A stretch of 64,000 bases of DNA from Myxococcales bacterium UBA1660 (lineage in GTDB: Bacteria > Myxococcota_A > Polyangia > Polyangiales > Houyiibacteriaceae). Below are positions 17,921 to 27,392 of this stretch, piece after piece (the first letter of the stretch is position 1; the number at the start of each line of letters is the position of its first letter). The stretch covers positions 1,285 through 65,284 of the forward strand of contig DCLA01000083.1 in assembly GCA_002320815.1 (NCBI GenBank), in the 5' to 3' direction. Made by a program: the position numbers and the translations under genes. The notes under the pieces are model-generated. The model ran no database searches, was not told the DNA's origin, and saw nothing but the letters and a program-made list of their open reading frames with translations.

Positions 17921-18994
17921 TCACGCGGCCGCGCGGAGCTCGAGCCGTTCCCGCGCCTCCTGGATCGCCCGGCGGACCGCCGCGTCCCACAGGGTCGGCC
18001 CCGCGAGGCCGAAGCGCTCGTAGCGGTCGTGGTCCAGGAGCGCTTGGGGCGCCGACTCCTCGAGCTCGCGCAGGATCCGCTCGGTGCGCACCGGCTCGGC
18101 CGCCCGCGCCGCGAGCGCGCGGAACATCTCCCAGCCGTGCTCGGCGTGGCGCGCCTCGTCGACGGCGATGGTTCGCAGGACCTCGCGGACCCCCGGGTCC
18201 AGCGCCGGCGCCGCGACCAGCGCCGCCGCCGCGTGCGCCGAGGCGGCCTCGAGGACACAGGACTCGCGGAGGCACTCCTCGGCCAAGGTGCGGAAGGTGG
18301 GCGCGCGATCCGGCGGTAGGATGGCCGCGGGGAACGGCGCCGCGCCGCGACGGCGCCCGTCGATCGAGTGGGCCACCTCGTAGCAGACCCGCGCGTGGGC
18401 GATCTCGTCGAGGCCGTCCCGATGGGCCCACTCCACGAGCAGGCTCTCCGCGCCGACCGCGAGGAGCTGCTGCGCCAGTGAAGCGAAGGCGGCGATGGAC
18501 GCCGCCTCGGTCGCGGCCATCGCCCGCCACCCCGCGGCGACCGCGCTCCGGTCGGCGGCGGGCACCGTGAGGGACTCCCGGGGCGCGTCTCGCCACTGGT
18601 CTCCGGCCACGTCCTCGGGGAGCTGCGGGAGACCGCGGCGCCGAAACGCGCGGCCGCGCTGGAAGGGGATCATCGCGATCCCGGCGGCGAACCCGCCGAT
18701 GGCCGAGAGGATGGGCACGGCGAAGCCCAGGATGGCCGCCGCCTTCGCGCGCCCGCTCGGCCGGAGCCGCCCCGAACGAATCCCCAGAACGCCCCCGTAG
18801 AACGCGAACACACAGCTCAGCGCCCACACCCCGAGCGAGGCCCAGACGGCCTCTTCCGATCGACCGGCCTCCACCGCCGCCAGGCACCCGCCACAGGTCA
18901 GGATGGGGAAGAGCGCCAGCCCCAGACCCCACGCCGCCATCTTACGGGCGCGGCGATGGTCGGGGGGCTCGTCGATGTAGGGTTCGTTCGCCAT
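17921..18994 (-). CDS. membrane-tethered ferritin-like (di-iron type) domain protein
   Basis: ATG at 18994 (MANEPYID) inside ORF 17921..19783. Three or four TM segments, then paired E/H blocks DEIAHA and DEARHAEHGWEMF. Confidence 0.7.
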   Translation of the reverse strand: MANEPYIDEPPDHRRARKMAAWGLGLALFPILTCGGCLAAVEAGRSEEAVWASLGVWALSCVFAFYGGVLGIRSGRLRPSGRAKAAAILGFAVPILSAIGGFAAGIAMIPFQRGRAFRRRGLPQLPEDVAGDQWRDAPRESLTVPAADRSAVAAGWRAMAATEAASIAAFASLAQQLLAVGAESLLVEWAHRDGLDEIAHARVCYEVAHSIDGRRRGAAPFPAAILPPDRAPTFRTLAEECLRESCVLEAASAHAAAALVAAPALDPGVREVLRTIAVDEARHAEHGWEMFRALAARAAEPVRTERILRELEESAPQALLDHDRYERFGLAGPTLWDAAVRRAIQEARERLELRAAA

Positions 18995-19060
18995 GGGCTC
19001 AGGGTAGACGGGGTAGCGCGCCCGCGACATTCCCGGCGGGAAACGCGTAGGCTGCGGCGC

Positions 19061-19759
19061 ATGAGCAAACCGAGCACCGGCCTCCTCGTGGCCATCGCCG
19101 CCGGCGGCGGCTGCCTGGTGCTCCTCCTGGCGCTTCTCGGAGTGGGCCTCTTCATGGGGTATCGGGACATCTCCGCGCGGGCGACTCCGGCGCCGCCGGT
19201 CCTGCCGGCTCCCGCCGCCGCCCCCGGGTACCTGCGCTACGAACACGCCGGCCGTTGCCCGAACAATCCCGAGCTGGTCCTCGAACGCTTCGTCGTCGAA
19301 TACCCGGCCGACCACCGCCCCCTGGCCTGCTGGACCCAGACCCCGCGGCCCTGGTCCTACGTGACCTTCGTCGAGGAGACCCCCGAAGGCTCCGAACAGG
19401 TGACCATCGCCTGGTCTCGCGGCGCGGTGACCCCGGATCTGCTGGCCCAGGCCGCCGACGACCTCGCCCGGCAGCTCGGCGCCGGCCCCACCACCGAGGT
19501 CGACCGCACCCCCTTCGTCGCGCGGGGCGGCGCCTTGGTCCGCCGGGACGGGACCTTCACCGTCCCCGCGACCATCGGGCCCTTCCTCCCCGGCACCTAC
19601 CTCTTCCGCCAGGTCGAGGTCCCCGGCCCGGTCGCCGGCGTCAACGTCACCACCATCGTGCCCGTCCGCGAATCCCTGGAGGCCACCCGGACCCGCAGCG
19701 AGCCGCTCATGCGACACCTGGTGGAGACGTTGGCTTTCGCCCAACCTGCGGCCCCATGA
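19061..19759 (+). CDS. membrane-anchored hypothetical protein
   Basis: ATG at 19061 inside ORF 18956..19759. Protein starts MSKPSTGLLVAIAAGGGCLVLLLALLGVGLFMG. Its stop overlaps the next start (ATGA). Confidence 0.6.
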   Translation: MSKPSTGLLVAIAAGGGCLVLLLALLGVGLFMGYRDISARATPAPPVLPAPAAAPGYLRYEHAGRCPNNPELVLERFVVEYPADHRPLACWTQTPRPWSYVTFVEETPEGSEQVTIAWSRGAVTPDLLAQAADDLARQLGAGPTTEVDRTPFVARGGALVRRDGTFTVPATIGPFLPGTYLFRQVEVPGPVAGVNVTTIVPVRESLEATRTRSEPLMRHLVETLAFAQPAAP

Positions 19760-20529
19760 AGGACGAAGCCCGCGCCCGGCCACGGCTCGCCGGCACGCAC
19801 GTGGTCATCCTGGGCTGGGCCGGCAGCCGCCCCCGGCAGCTCGCCGCGGTGGGCCGCCACTACCGGCGCGACGGCGCGCAGGTGATCACCCACTGCGCGC
19901 GGACCACCCTGGCCATGGGTCTCCCCGACGGTTGGTCGAAGGAAGGCCGCGCGGTGGCCGACGCCATCGCCGCCGCCGCGCCCGAGCGCCTGATCGTCCA
20001 CGCCTTCAGCAACGCTGGCTTCTGGACCTACGCCGGCACCCTGGAGGCCCTCGCCCCGGCGCTCCGCGATCGCATCGCGGCGGTCGTGGTGGACTCGGCT
20101 CCCTGCTCACCGGAGCACGTCGAGGCCTTCCACTACGCCTACTACTCGACCAAGGCGATGGTCCCGGTCGTGCTCGGCGCCCTGGGCCGACCGCCGGCGG
20201 AGACCCACCCGATCCTGAGCCCGGCGGTCTGGGCCTTCATGCGCGGCTACTACCACCTCAGCGGTCGACAGATCGCCTGGACCGAACGGAGCACCGGCGC
20301 TGTGATCGCCACCGGCGACTGGGACCATCTGCTGCTCTACTCCGCGGCCGACCAGCTGATCCCGCCGCACTACGTGGAGTCCTTCGCGCACCGACTCCGC
20401 GACGCCGGCCGCGGCGTGGAGGCCGTCCGCTGGGAAGACAGCGCCCACGTGCGCCACATGCTCACCCACCGCGCCGCCTACTTCGGCGCCATCGCCCGCT
20501 TCCTCCGCGCCCGCGGTTTCGACGCGTAG
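19756..20529 (+). CDS. DUF829/TMEM53-like alpha/beta-hydrolase-fold protein
   Basis: ATG at 19756 inside ORF 19255..20529. N-terminus HVVILGWAGSRPRQLAAVGRHYRRDG is typical of the family. Confidence 0.7.
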   Translation: MKDEARARPRLAGTHVVILGWAGSRPRQLAAVGRHYRRDGAQVITHCARTTLAMGLPDGWSKEGRAVADAIAAAAPERLIVHAFSNAGFWTYAGTLEALAPALRDRIAAVVVDSAPCSPEHVEAFHYAYYSTKAMVPVVLGALGRPPAETHPILSPAVWAFMRGYYHLSGRQIAWTERSTGAVIATGDWDHLLLYSAADQLIPPHYVESFAHRLRDAGRGVEAVRWEDSAHVRHMLTHRAAYFGAIARFLRARGFDA

Positions 20530-20672
20530 CCGGGTCCTTCCGAGCGCAGCCCTACTCCGGGCGCCGCACCACGAGATCGAGCATCAGGGGGAGCCGCGCC
20601 GTTGGGAGCACGCGTGGCCTCGGTCCGCTCGTCCCCCATGGGCGGCGAGCGTACCCGAGGCTGGTCACACCG

Positions 20673-20942
20673 TCAGCGCACGCGAGCGCGCGACCGGCCC
20701 CGGCCGCGACCACGTCCCCGGTTTCGACCGCGGCCACGACCCCGGCCGTTGCCGCGGGCGCGGGTGCGGGTGCGGCGACCACGGCGACGCCGGCGCCCCC
20801 GCCCGGGGTGCGCGTGGGCCACGCAGCCGACGCCGAAGAGGCCCATCAGCATCATCATCAGCAGGCCGAAGAAGCCTCGGCGGGTCGTGTTCTCGAGGGG
20901 CGATTCGTTCATATCGGGCCGGGACGGCGAAGAGAGCGGCAT
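20673..20942 (-). CDS. possible small exported protein: Tat-like or lipoprotein signal followed by an Arg-Gly repeat tail
   Basis: ORF 20673..20942. Signal-like segment TTRRGFFGLLMMMLMGLFGVGCVAHA, then HPGRGRRRRRGRRTRTRARGNGRGRGRGRNRGRGRGRGRSRARVR. Codon bias in the tail is weaker than in neighbouring genes, and an alternative frame is also open. Confidence 0.3.
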   Translation of the reverse strand: MPLSSPSRPDMNESPLENTTRRGFFGLLMMMLMGLFGVGCVAHAHPGRGRRRRRGRRTRTRARGNGRGRGRGRNRGRGRGRGRSRARVR

Positions 20943-21089
20943 TATTTCATCCAGGGGGTGAGTTCACGGCTCCACTGGAGCCACACCCGAGGATAGCGAA
21001 GGGGCCTCGCCTTGGGAACGCCCCGTGCCGGGCGCCCCCACCCTGGGGCTTTCGGTCCGGGGGAGAATCCCCATCGCCGTCGCCCGCGC

Positions 21090-22487
21090 TCAGCCGTGGA
21101 CGGGGGGAAGACGGTCGCGCCAGGGCGCGGCCTCTTCCAGCTCGTAAGCGAGCTCCAGCAAGGTCCTCTCGCCACCCCGGGGCGCCGCGAAGTGCATCCC
21201 GATGGGCCACCCCTCGGGGTGCACCTGCAGGTGTACGCTCATCGCTGGGACCATCGCCGGGTTGTGCACCGCCGTGTACCCCGCGAGCCGCTCCATCCCC
21301 GCCATCAGCTCCGCCGGGTCCCGCTCCGGGTGCAACGTCCCGAGCTCCCAGAGATCGATGGGCAGGGTCGGACAGAGCACCGCGTTCCAGTCGGCCAAGT
21401 AGGTCGCCATCGCCTCGCCGATGCGCGCGACCGCGGCCAGCGCCTGCTCCAGCGCGGCCGGTCCCCGGCTGCGGAAGCGCTCCCGGACGAAGAGGGTGAA
21501 GGGCTCGAGCTCCTCTTCCCCAGGCTCCCGGCCCAGCATCGGCGCGACCATCGCGCTCATCTGCTCCACGCCGAAGCCCGCCAAGGTGAAGAAGGCGTCG
21601 CCCACTTCGTGTCCATCGATGGGCGGCGGCGGGACGACCGACACGTCGTGCCCCAGCTCCGCGCAGAGCGCGCGCGTGGCCGCCAGGGCGGCGCGGTTGG
21701 CTTCGGTCGGCGCCGCACCGGTGAGGGTCGTCTCGTAGACCCCGATCCGCAGCCGCCGGCTCGACGGCCCCGCCACGAAGCCCACCGGCGGCCCCGCGGG
21801 TCCCTCGTCGCGCTCGGTCAGCGCCAGGAGTCGCGCGCTGTCCCGCACGCTCCAGCTCACGAAGTGCTCCACCAAGAGCCCGTCCATGTCGCTCGGGCCC
21901 GCCGCGCGCATCCGGCGCCCCCCGGGCTTGAAGCCGAAGACCCCGTTCATCGCCGCCGGCCCCCGGATCGACCCGCCCCCATCGCTCGCGTGGGCGAAGG
22001 GCACCATCCGCGCGGCCACCGCCGCCGCCGAACCGCCGGACGACCCGCCCGCCGAACGCGCGAGATCCCAGGGGTTGTGGGTCGGCCCTTCGAGCAGCGA
22101 CTCGGTGCTCCCCAGGAGCCCGAGTTCGGACGTCGTGGTCTTCCCCAGGACGACGAGCCCCGCGGCCTCCAGCGCGTCGACGTAGGGCGTCCGGTCCCGG
22201 GCGACGTTCGCCCCGAAGAGGCGGCACCCCATCGCGTGACGCTGGCCGGGCACGCCGAGCAGATCCTTGGCCAGGGTGGGCACTCCCCCGAAGGCGCCGC
22301 TCGGAGTCTGCCGAGCCCGGTCCCGGGCCTGCTCGAACGCCGTACTCGCCAACGCGTGCACCCGGGGCTCGACCGCCTCGATACGGTCGATGGCCGCGTC
22401 GACCAGCTCGAGGGCGCTCACCTCCCCCGCGCGCACCAGGGCCGCCTGCGCGGTCCCATCCAGTCTCCCGATCTCGTCATGATCCAT
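21090..22487 (-). CDS. amidase (amidase-signature family)
   Basis: ORF 21090..22487 with GGSSGGSAAAVA and GGSIRGPA signature blocks. Confidence 0.9.
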   Translation of the reverse strand: MDHDEIGRLDGTAQAALVRAGEVSALELVDAAIDRIEAVEPRVHALASTAFEQARDRARQTPSGAFGGVPTLAKDLLGVPGQRHAMGCRLFGANVARDRTPYVDALEAAGLVVLGKTTTSELGLLGSTESLLEGPTHNPWDLARSAGGSSGGSAAAVAARMVPFAHASDGGGSIRGPAAMNGVFGFKPGGRRMRAAGPSDMDGLLVEHFVSWSVRDSARLLALTERDEGPAGPPVGFVAGPSSRRLRIGVYETTLTGAAPTEANRAALAATRALCAELGHDVSVVPPPPIDGHEVGDAFFTLAGFGVEQMSAMVAPMLGREPGEEELEPFTLFVRERFRSRGPAALEQALAAVARIGEAMATYLADWNAVLCPTLPIDLWELGTLHPERDPAELMAGMERLAGYTAVHNPAMVPAMSVHLQVHPEGWPIGMHFAAPRGGERTLLELAYELEEAAPWRDRLPPVHG

Positions 22488-23103
22488 GGCTCACCCATTC
22501 CTGCAGCCCGCGGAGGCCGCCCAGCTGGTAACTCCAGAAGGCCGCGAAGGCCTCGCGAATCGCGTCCTCGGTCTCGTTCTCCCGGAGGATCGAGACCAGG
22601 GTCTGCGCGGTGTTCTCGAACACCCGCTCCAGGGTCCGCCGGATCACCGCCGGCAGCCGCCGGCTCCCCGCCCGCTCGCGCAGCGCGGCGGTCGAGGGCT
22701 TCATCAGCGCCTGGACGAAGCGGTCGCGGTAGCCCTCCCATCGCGTGCCCTCGGCCCCCGCGAGGAGCACCACCACCACCTCTCGGTGCGCCACCCAGAA
22801 CGCCAGGAGCGCCTCGCCATCGCGCTGCGCCGCGGGGTCCAGACGGGTCAGGTCCTCGGTGCGGACGAGGGACCCCACCCGCCGCCGCAGGAGCCCCAGG
22901 TGGTCCTCGGCGATCGCCTCGGTGACGACCACGTCGAAGAGGACGTCCTTGCTCTCGAAGTAGCGGTAGAGGTTCCCCGTCGAGACCCCGGCTTCCCGGG
23001 CGATGGCCGCCATGGTGGCCCCCCGGTACCCCGCCCGGGCGAAGACCCGCGCGCCCGCCGCTTCCATCCGCTCCTTCACCTCGACCTTGAGCTGCTGCGC
23101 CAT
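22477..23103 (-). CDS. TetR-family transcriptional regulator (operonic with the amidase)
   Basis: ATG at 23103 inside ORF 22477..24009. HTH reads ATMAAIAREAGVSTGNLYRYFESKD. There is an 11-nt overlap with the amidase start. Confidence 0.85.
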   Translation of the reverse strand: MAQQLKVEVKERMEAAGARVFARAGYRGATMAAIAREAGVSTGNLYRYFESKDVLFDVVVTEAIAEDHLGLLRRRVGSLVRTEDLTRLDPAAQRDGEALLAFWVAHREVVVVLLAGAEGTRWEGYRDRFVQALMKPSTAALRERAGSRRLPAVIRRTLERVFENTAQTLVSILRENETEDAIREAFAAFWSYQLGGLRGLQEWVSHGS

Positions 23104-23187
23104 ACCGAGACTAATAATGAACGAGTTGTTCACGATTGTCCAACGGAGAACGGCGACACTCGCGACGAAGCGGCGTACGCTCCCGCC

Positions 23188-23991
23188 ATGCAGACCCTCG
23201 TCACCGCCGAAGAGGCCCTGGGAAACCGCGGACTCGTCCGCTTCATCGACGCGCGCCGCGACGCGGAGGCCTACGCGACGGCCCACGTGGCCGGCGCCGT
23301 CCATGCCGATCTGGAGACCGATCTGTCCGCGGTGGACGACCCCGCCGCGGGCGGACGGCATCCGCTGCCCACCCCGGCCGCGTGGGCAGCTACCCTCGGC
23401 GCCTGGGGCATCACGCCGGAGACTCAGGTCTACGTCTACGACGACACCGGCGGCGCCGTCGCCGCGGCCCGTACGTGGTGGATGCTCCACGCCGCCGGTC
23501 ACCGGCGCGCCGCGGTCGTCGACGGCGGCTGGGCCGCGCTCTGCGACGCGGGCGCGCCGCTCTCCAACGACGCCCCCGAGCCCGCGGACACCGCGCCCGG
23601 CCCCTTCGCCGAGTGGCAGCTCCCCACCGTGGACTTCGCCGAGGTCGCCGATCGCCGCGAACGGGCGGACTCTCGATTGATCGACGTCCGCGCCGCCAAG
23701 CGCTGGCGCGGGGACACCGAGCCCCTCGACCCCGTCGCGGGCCACATCCCCGGCAGCGTGAACCTCCCGCTCACCGAGAACCTGGGCCCCGACGGTCACT
23801 TCCTCCCCGCCGCCGAGCTCCGCGCGACGTACCTCGAGGCCCTGGGCGGCGTACCGCCGGAGCGAGCGATCCTCCAGTGCGGCTCCGGCGTCACCGCCTG
23901 CCATGGGCTCCTGGCGATGGCCCACGCCGGCCTCCCCGGCGCGGCGCTCTACGTGGGCTCGTGGAGCGAGTGGTGCCGCCGAGTCCCCTGA
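23188..23991 (+). CDS. rhodanese-domain sulfurtransferase (thiosulfate/3-mercaptopyruvate type)
   Basis: ATG at 23188 inside ORF 22486..23991. Two rhodanese halves with active-site loop CGSGVTACH. Confidence 0.85.
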   Translation: MQTLVTAEEALGNRGLVRFIDARRDAEAYATAHVAGAVHADLETDLSAVDDPAAGGRHPLPTPAAWAATLGAWGITPETQVYVYDDTGGAVAAARTWWMLHAAGHRRAAVVDGGWAALCDAGAPLSNDAPEPADTAPGPFAEWQLPTVDFAEVADRRERADSRLIDVRAAKRWRGDTEPLDPVAGHIPGSVNLPLTENLGPDGHFLPAAELRATYLEALGGVPPERAILQCGSGVTACHGLLAMAHAGLPGAALYVGSWSEWCRRVP

Positions 23992-24053
23992 TGGCGATGG
24001 GGTGAGCACCCGCTGCCGCCCGGGCTCGGACCCGTGGTAGATCGCCAGCGGCC

Positions 24054-25022
24054 ATGCCCACGATCACCCAGCTCGAGTACGTCCTCGCGGTTCACAAGAC
24101 CGGTCACTTCGGGCGGGCCGCGCGGGATCTGGGGATCTCCCAGCCCACCCTGAGCAGCCAGATCCAGAAGGTCGAGCAGGAGCTGGGGCTGACCCTCTTC
24201 GATCGGCAGGCGAAGCCGATCGCCCTCACCAGCCAGGCCCGGCCGCTGATCGAGCCCATGCGCGCGGTGGTCGTCGCCCACGAGCGGCTCCTCGCCGCGG
24301 CCAGCGGGACCAGCGAGGACATCGCCGGGCCCTTCTCCCTCGGGGTGATCCCCACCCTCGCGCCCTACGTACTCCCCTGGTTCCTGGGCGAGTTCGCCGA
24401 GCGCCATCCGGAGGTGGAGCTCTCGGTCTTCGAGCGCCCCACCGACGAGATCCTCACCGAGATCGGCGCGAGCCGGATGGACGCCGCCATCCTGGCAACG
24501 CCCCTCGACGAGCCCTCGATCCACGAGGAGCTCCTCTTCTACGACCCCTTCTATCTCTACGCCCACGCCGACGAGCCGTTGCTCGAGCAGGACGCGATCA
24601 CCGTCGACGACATCGACTCGCGGAAGCTCTGGCTCCTGGAGGACGGCCACTGCTTCCGGGCCCAGGTGATCAACCTCTGCGGCCTCCATCAGCGGCAGCA
24701 GCTCGGCTCGGTGCGCTTCGCCGGCGGCAGCTTCGAGACCCTCCGCTACCTCATCGACGCCTCGGAGGGCTACACCCTGGTCCCCGAGACCTTCGCCCGG
24801 ACCCTCTCGCGGAAGGTGCGCAAGCGGTCGATCCGGCCCTTCGACGAGCGCATCCCCACCCGCGAGGTGAGCATCGTCTCACACCGCCTGAGCTGGAAGT
24901 CGGAGATCCGTAACGCGATCGCCGAGGTGGTCATCGAACGCATGCCCCACTGTTTTCAGCGGGAGCTGGCCGAGGAAGAGGTCATGCCCATCCGGGTCGG
25001 GCCCCAGCCCGGCCGACCATAG
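24054..25022 (+). CDS. oxyR: LysR-family hydrogen-peroxide sensor OxyR
   Basis: ORF 24054..25022. LysR HTH at the N-terminus. The redox Cys context LLEDGHCFRAQ, plus a second Cys 9 residues later (NLCG), matches the C199/C208 pattern. It lies directly upstream of ahpCF. Confidence 0.9.
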   Translation: MPTITQLEYVLAVHKTGHFGRAARDLGISQPTLSSQIQKVEQELGLTLFDRQAKPIALTSQARPLIEPMRAVVVAHERLLAAASGTSEDIAGPFSLGVIPTLAPYVLPWFLGEFAERHPEVELSVFERPTDEILTEIGASRMDAAILATPLDEPSIHEELLFYDPFYLYAHADEPLLEQDAITVDDIDSRKLWLLEDGHCFRAQVINLCGLHQRQQLGSVRFAGGSFETLRYLIDASEGYTLVPETFARTLSRKVRKRSIRPFDERIPTREVSIVSHRLSWKSEIRNAIAEVVIERMPHCFQRELAEEEVMPIRVGPQPGRP

Positions 25023-25023
25023 G

Positions 25024-25062
25024 CACGCCCTATTACGGCATTGCCACCATCTATTTTACCTA
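25024..25062 (+). promoter_or_regulatory. candidate OxyR-binding / ahpC promoter region
   Basis: AT-enriched stretch with two CTAT elements 21 bp apart (CTATtacggcattgccaccatCTATttt), about 100 nt upstream of ahpC. This resembles the ATAG-N7-CTAT periodic OxyR motif only partially. Confidence 0.35.
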
Positions 25063-25144
25063 ACGCCATCCCGGCGCCAGAGTTCGACCTACACCACAGC
25101 CACGCGCGCCGACGACCGGCGCGGAAATTGGAGAACGCAGAACC

Positions 25145-25711
25145 ATGCAGACGCTCATCAACTCCCAGCTCCCCGAGTTCAAGGCCCAGGCCTACCACGG
25201 CGGCGACTTCAAGGAAGTCACCCACGCGGACCTCGAGGGCAAGTGGTCCATCTTCTTCTTCTACCCCGCCGACTTCACCTTCGTGTGCCCCACGGAGCTC
25301 GGTGACCTCGCCGACAAGTACGCCGAGCTGAAGGAGATGGGCGTGGAGGTCTACTCGGTCAGCACCGACACCCACTTCACCCACAAGGCCTGGCACGACA
25401 CCTCCGACACCATCAAGAAGATCGAGTACCCGATGCTCGCCGACCCGACCGGGCACCTCGCCCGCGCCTTCGGCGTCTACATCGAGGAAGAGGGCCTCGC
25501 CTACCGCGGCACCTTCCTGATCAGCCCCGAGGGCCAGATCAAGCTCGCCGAGGTCCAGGACAACGGCATCGGCCGCAACGCCGAGGAGCTGGTCCGCAAG
25601 GTCCAGGCCGCCCAGTACATCGCCAAGAACCCCGACCAGGTCTGCCCCGCCAAGTGGAAGCCCGGCGCCGAGACCCTGAAGCCCGGTCTCGACCTCGTCG
25701 GCAAGATCTGA
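25145..25711 (+). CDS. ahpC: alkyl hydroperoxide reductase subunit C (2-Cys peroxiredoxin)
   Basis: ORF 25145..25711 with FFFYPADFTFVCPTEL and C-terminal resolving Cys VCPAKW. GGAGAA Shine-Dalgarno sequence upstream. Confidence 0.97.
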   Translation: MQTLINSQLPEFKAQAYHGGDFKEVTHADLEGKWSIFFFYPADFTFVCPTELGDLADKYAELKEMGVEVYSVSTDTHFTHKAWHDTSDTIKKIEYPMLADPTGHLARAFGVYIEEEGLAYRGTFLISPEGQIKLAEVQDNGIGRNAEELVRKVQAAQYIAKNPDQVCPAKWKPGAETLKPGLDLVGKI

Positions 25712-25721
25712 CCCGACGCGC

Positions 25722-25750
25722 GAGCGGGGCGCATCGGCGCCCCGCTCTTC
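25722..25750 (+). terminator. ahpC-ahpF intergenic hairpin (attenuator or partial terminator)
   Basis: GAGCGGGGCGC-atcg-GCGCCCCGCTC, a perfect 11-bp stem followed by TTC. Confidence 0.5.
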
Positions 25751-25813
25751 GCGACCTCTCTCCCCACTCTTCCCCTCCCTCCCCAACCCCGCCCGCTCCC
25801 GAAGAGGAAACCC

Positions 25814-27367
25814 ATGATCGATGCCCCGATGAAGGCTCAGCTCCAGGAGGTCTTCGGCCGCCTCGAGCACCCCATCCACCTCGTCTACCGGCCCGGTGAC
25901 CACGCCAAGCAGCACGAGCTCGTCGAGCTCCTCGAGGCCGTCGCCGAGACCTCGCCGAACGTGATCGCCCGCGAAGCGGGAGATCCCTCGCCGGTGCCCC
26001 ACTTCCACGTGGAGACCGAGGCGGGACCGAACGGCATCGTCTTCACCGGCATCCCCGGCGGTCACGAGTTCACCTCGCTGATCCTCGCGGTCCTCAACTC
26101 CGACGGGAAGGGCAAGCTCCCCGACGCGACCCTGGTCCAGCGCATCCAGCGCCTGAAGGGTCCGATCCGCCTGCGCACCTTCGTCTCGCTCTCCTGCGAG
26201 AACTGCCCGGACGTCGTCCAGGCCCTCAACCTGATGGCCACCCTCCACCCCGCCTTCGAGGCGGAGATGGTCGACGGCGAGTTCGCGCCCGACGACATCG
26301 AGCGGCTGCGCATCCAGGGCGTCCCCAGCGTCGTCGACGGCGACGAGCTGGTCCACTCCGGCAAGACCAGCCTCGGTGAGCTCCTCGGGAAGCTCGAGGC
26401 CCGCTTCGGCTCCGACGAAGCGAACGTCGAGCCCATCGACCTCGGCCAGTTCGACATCGCCGTCATCGGCGGTGGCCCGGCCGGCGCGTCGAGCGCCATC
26501 TACGCGGCCCGCAAAGGACTGCGCACCGTCCTGATCACCGACCGCCTCGGCGGTCAGCTCCAGGAGACCAAGGGCATCGAGAACATGATCTCGGTGACCT
26601 ACACCGAAGGCCCCCAGCTCAGCGCCGACCTGCTGAAGCACATCGAGGCCTACGAGATCCGGCTCCTCGAGCACCGGCGGGTCACCGCCGTGAAGCCCGA
26701 CGAGGGCGACGGCCCCCTCGGCGTCACCCTGGACAGCGGCGAGACCCTGAGCACCGAGCGGCTGATCATCGCCACCGGCGCCAAGTGGCGCGAGCTCGGC
26801 ATCGACGGCGAGAAGGAGTACCTCGGCCGCGGCGTGGCCTTCTGCCCGCACTGCGATGGGCCCTACTACAAGGGCAAGGACATCGCGGTCATCGGCGGCG
26901 GCAACAGCGGCGTCGAGGCGGCCATCGACCTCAGCGGCATCGTGAAGTCGGTCACCGTGGTGGAGTTCATGCCCACCCTCAAGGCCGACGAGGTCCTGCA
27001 GAAGAAGCTGCGTTCGCTCCCCAACGCGAACGTGGTGACCAACGCCAAGACCACCCGCGTCCTCGGCGACGGCGGCAAGGTGACCGCGCTGGAGTACGAG
27101 AACCGGGAGACCGGCGACGTGACCCAGCTCGACCTCGACGGTGTCTTCGTCCAGATCGGGCTGGTGCCCAACAGCGGCTTCCTGGACGGCCTGGTGGAGA
27201 CCAACCGCTTCGGCGAGATCCTCGTCGACGCCAAGGGCCGCACCAACGTCCCGCGCATCTACGCCGCCGGCGACGTCACCACCACGCCCTACAAGCAGAT
27301 CGTGGTCGCCCTCGGCGAGGGCGCGAAGGCCGGCCTGGCCGCCTTCGAAGACCAGATGGTCGCCTGA
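25814..27367 (+). CDS. ahpF: alkyl hydroperoxide reductase subunit F
   Basis: ORF 25814..27367. N-terminal CENC and the flavoprotein CPHC redox centres, plus GGGPAG and GGGNSG dinucleotide folds. Confidence 0.95.
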   Translation: MIDAPMKAQLQEVFGRLEHPIHLVYRPGDHAKQHELVELLEAVAETSPNVIAREAGDPSPVPHFHVETEAGPNGIVFTGIPGGHEFTSLILAVLNSDGKGKLPDATLVQRIQRLKGPIRLRTFVSLSCENCPDVVQALNLMATLHPAFEAEMVDGEFAPDDIERLRIQGVPSVVDGDELVHSGKTSLGELLGKLEARFGSDEANVEPIDLGQFDIAVIGGGPAGASSAIYAARKGLRTVLITDRLGGQLQETKGIENMISVTYTEGPQLSADLLKHIEAYEIRLLEHRRVTAVKPDEGDGPLGVTLDSGETLSTERLIIATGAKWRELGIDGEKEYLGRGVAFCPHCDGPYYKGKDIAVIGGGNSGVEAAIDLSGIVKSVTVVEFMPTLKADEVLQKKLRSLPNANVVTNAKTTRVLGDGGKVTALEYENRETGDVTQLDLDGVFVQIGLVPNSGFLDGLVETNRFGEILVDAKGRTNVPRIYAAGDVTTTPYKQIVVALGEGAKAGLAAFEDQMVA

Positions 27368-27392
27368 ATCGCCTGAACGCGACCCACCACGC

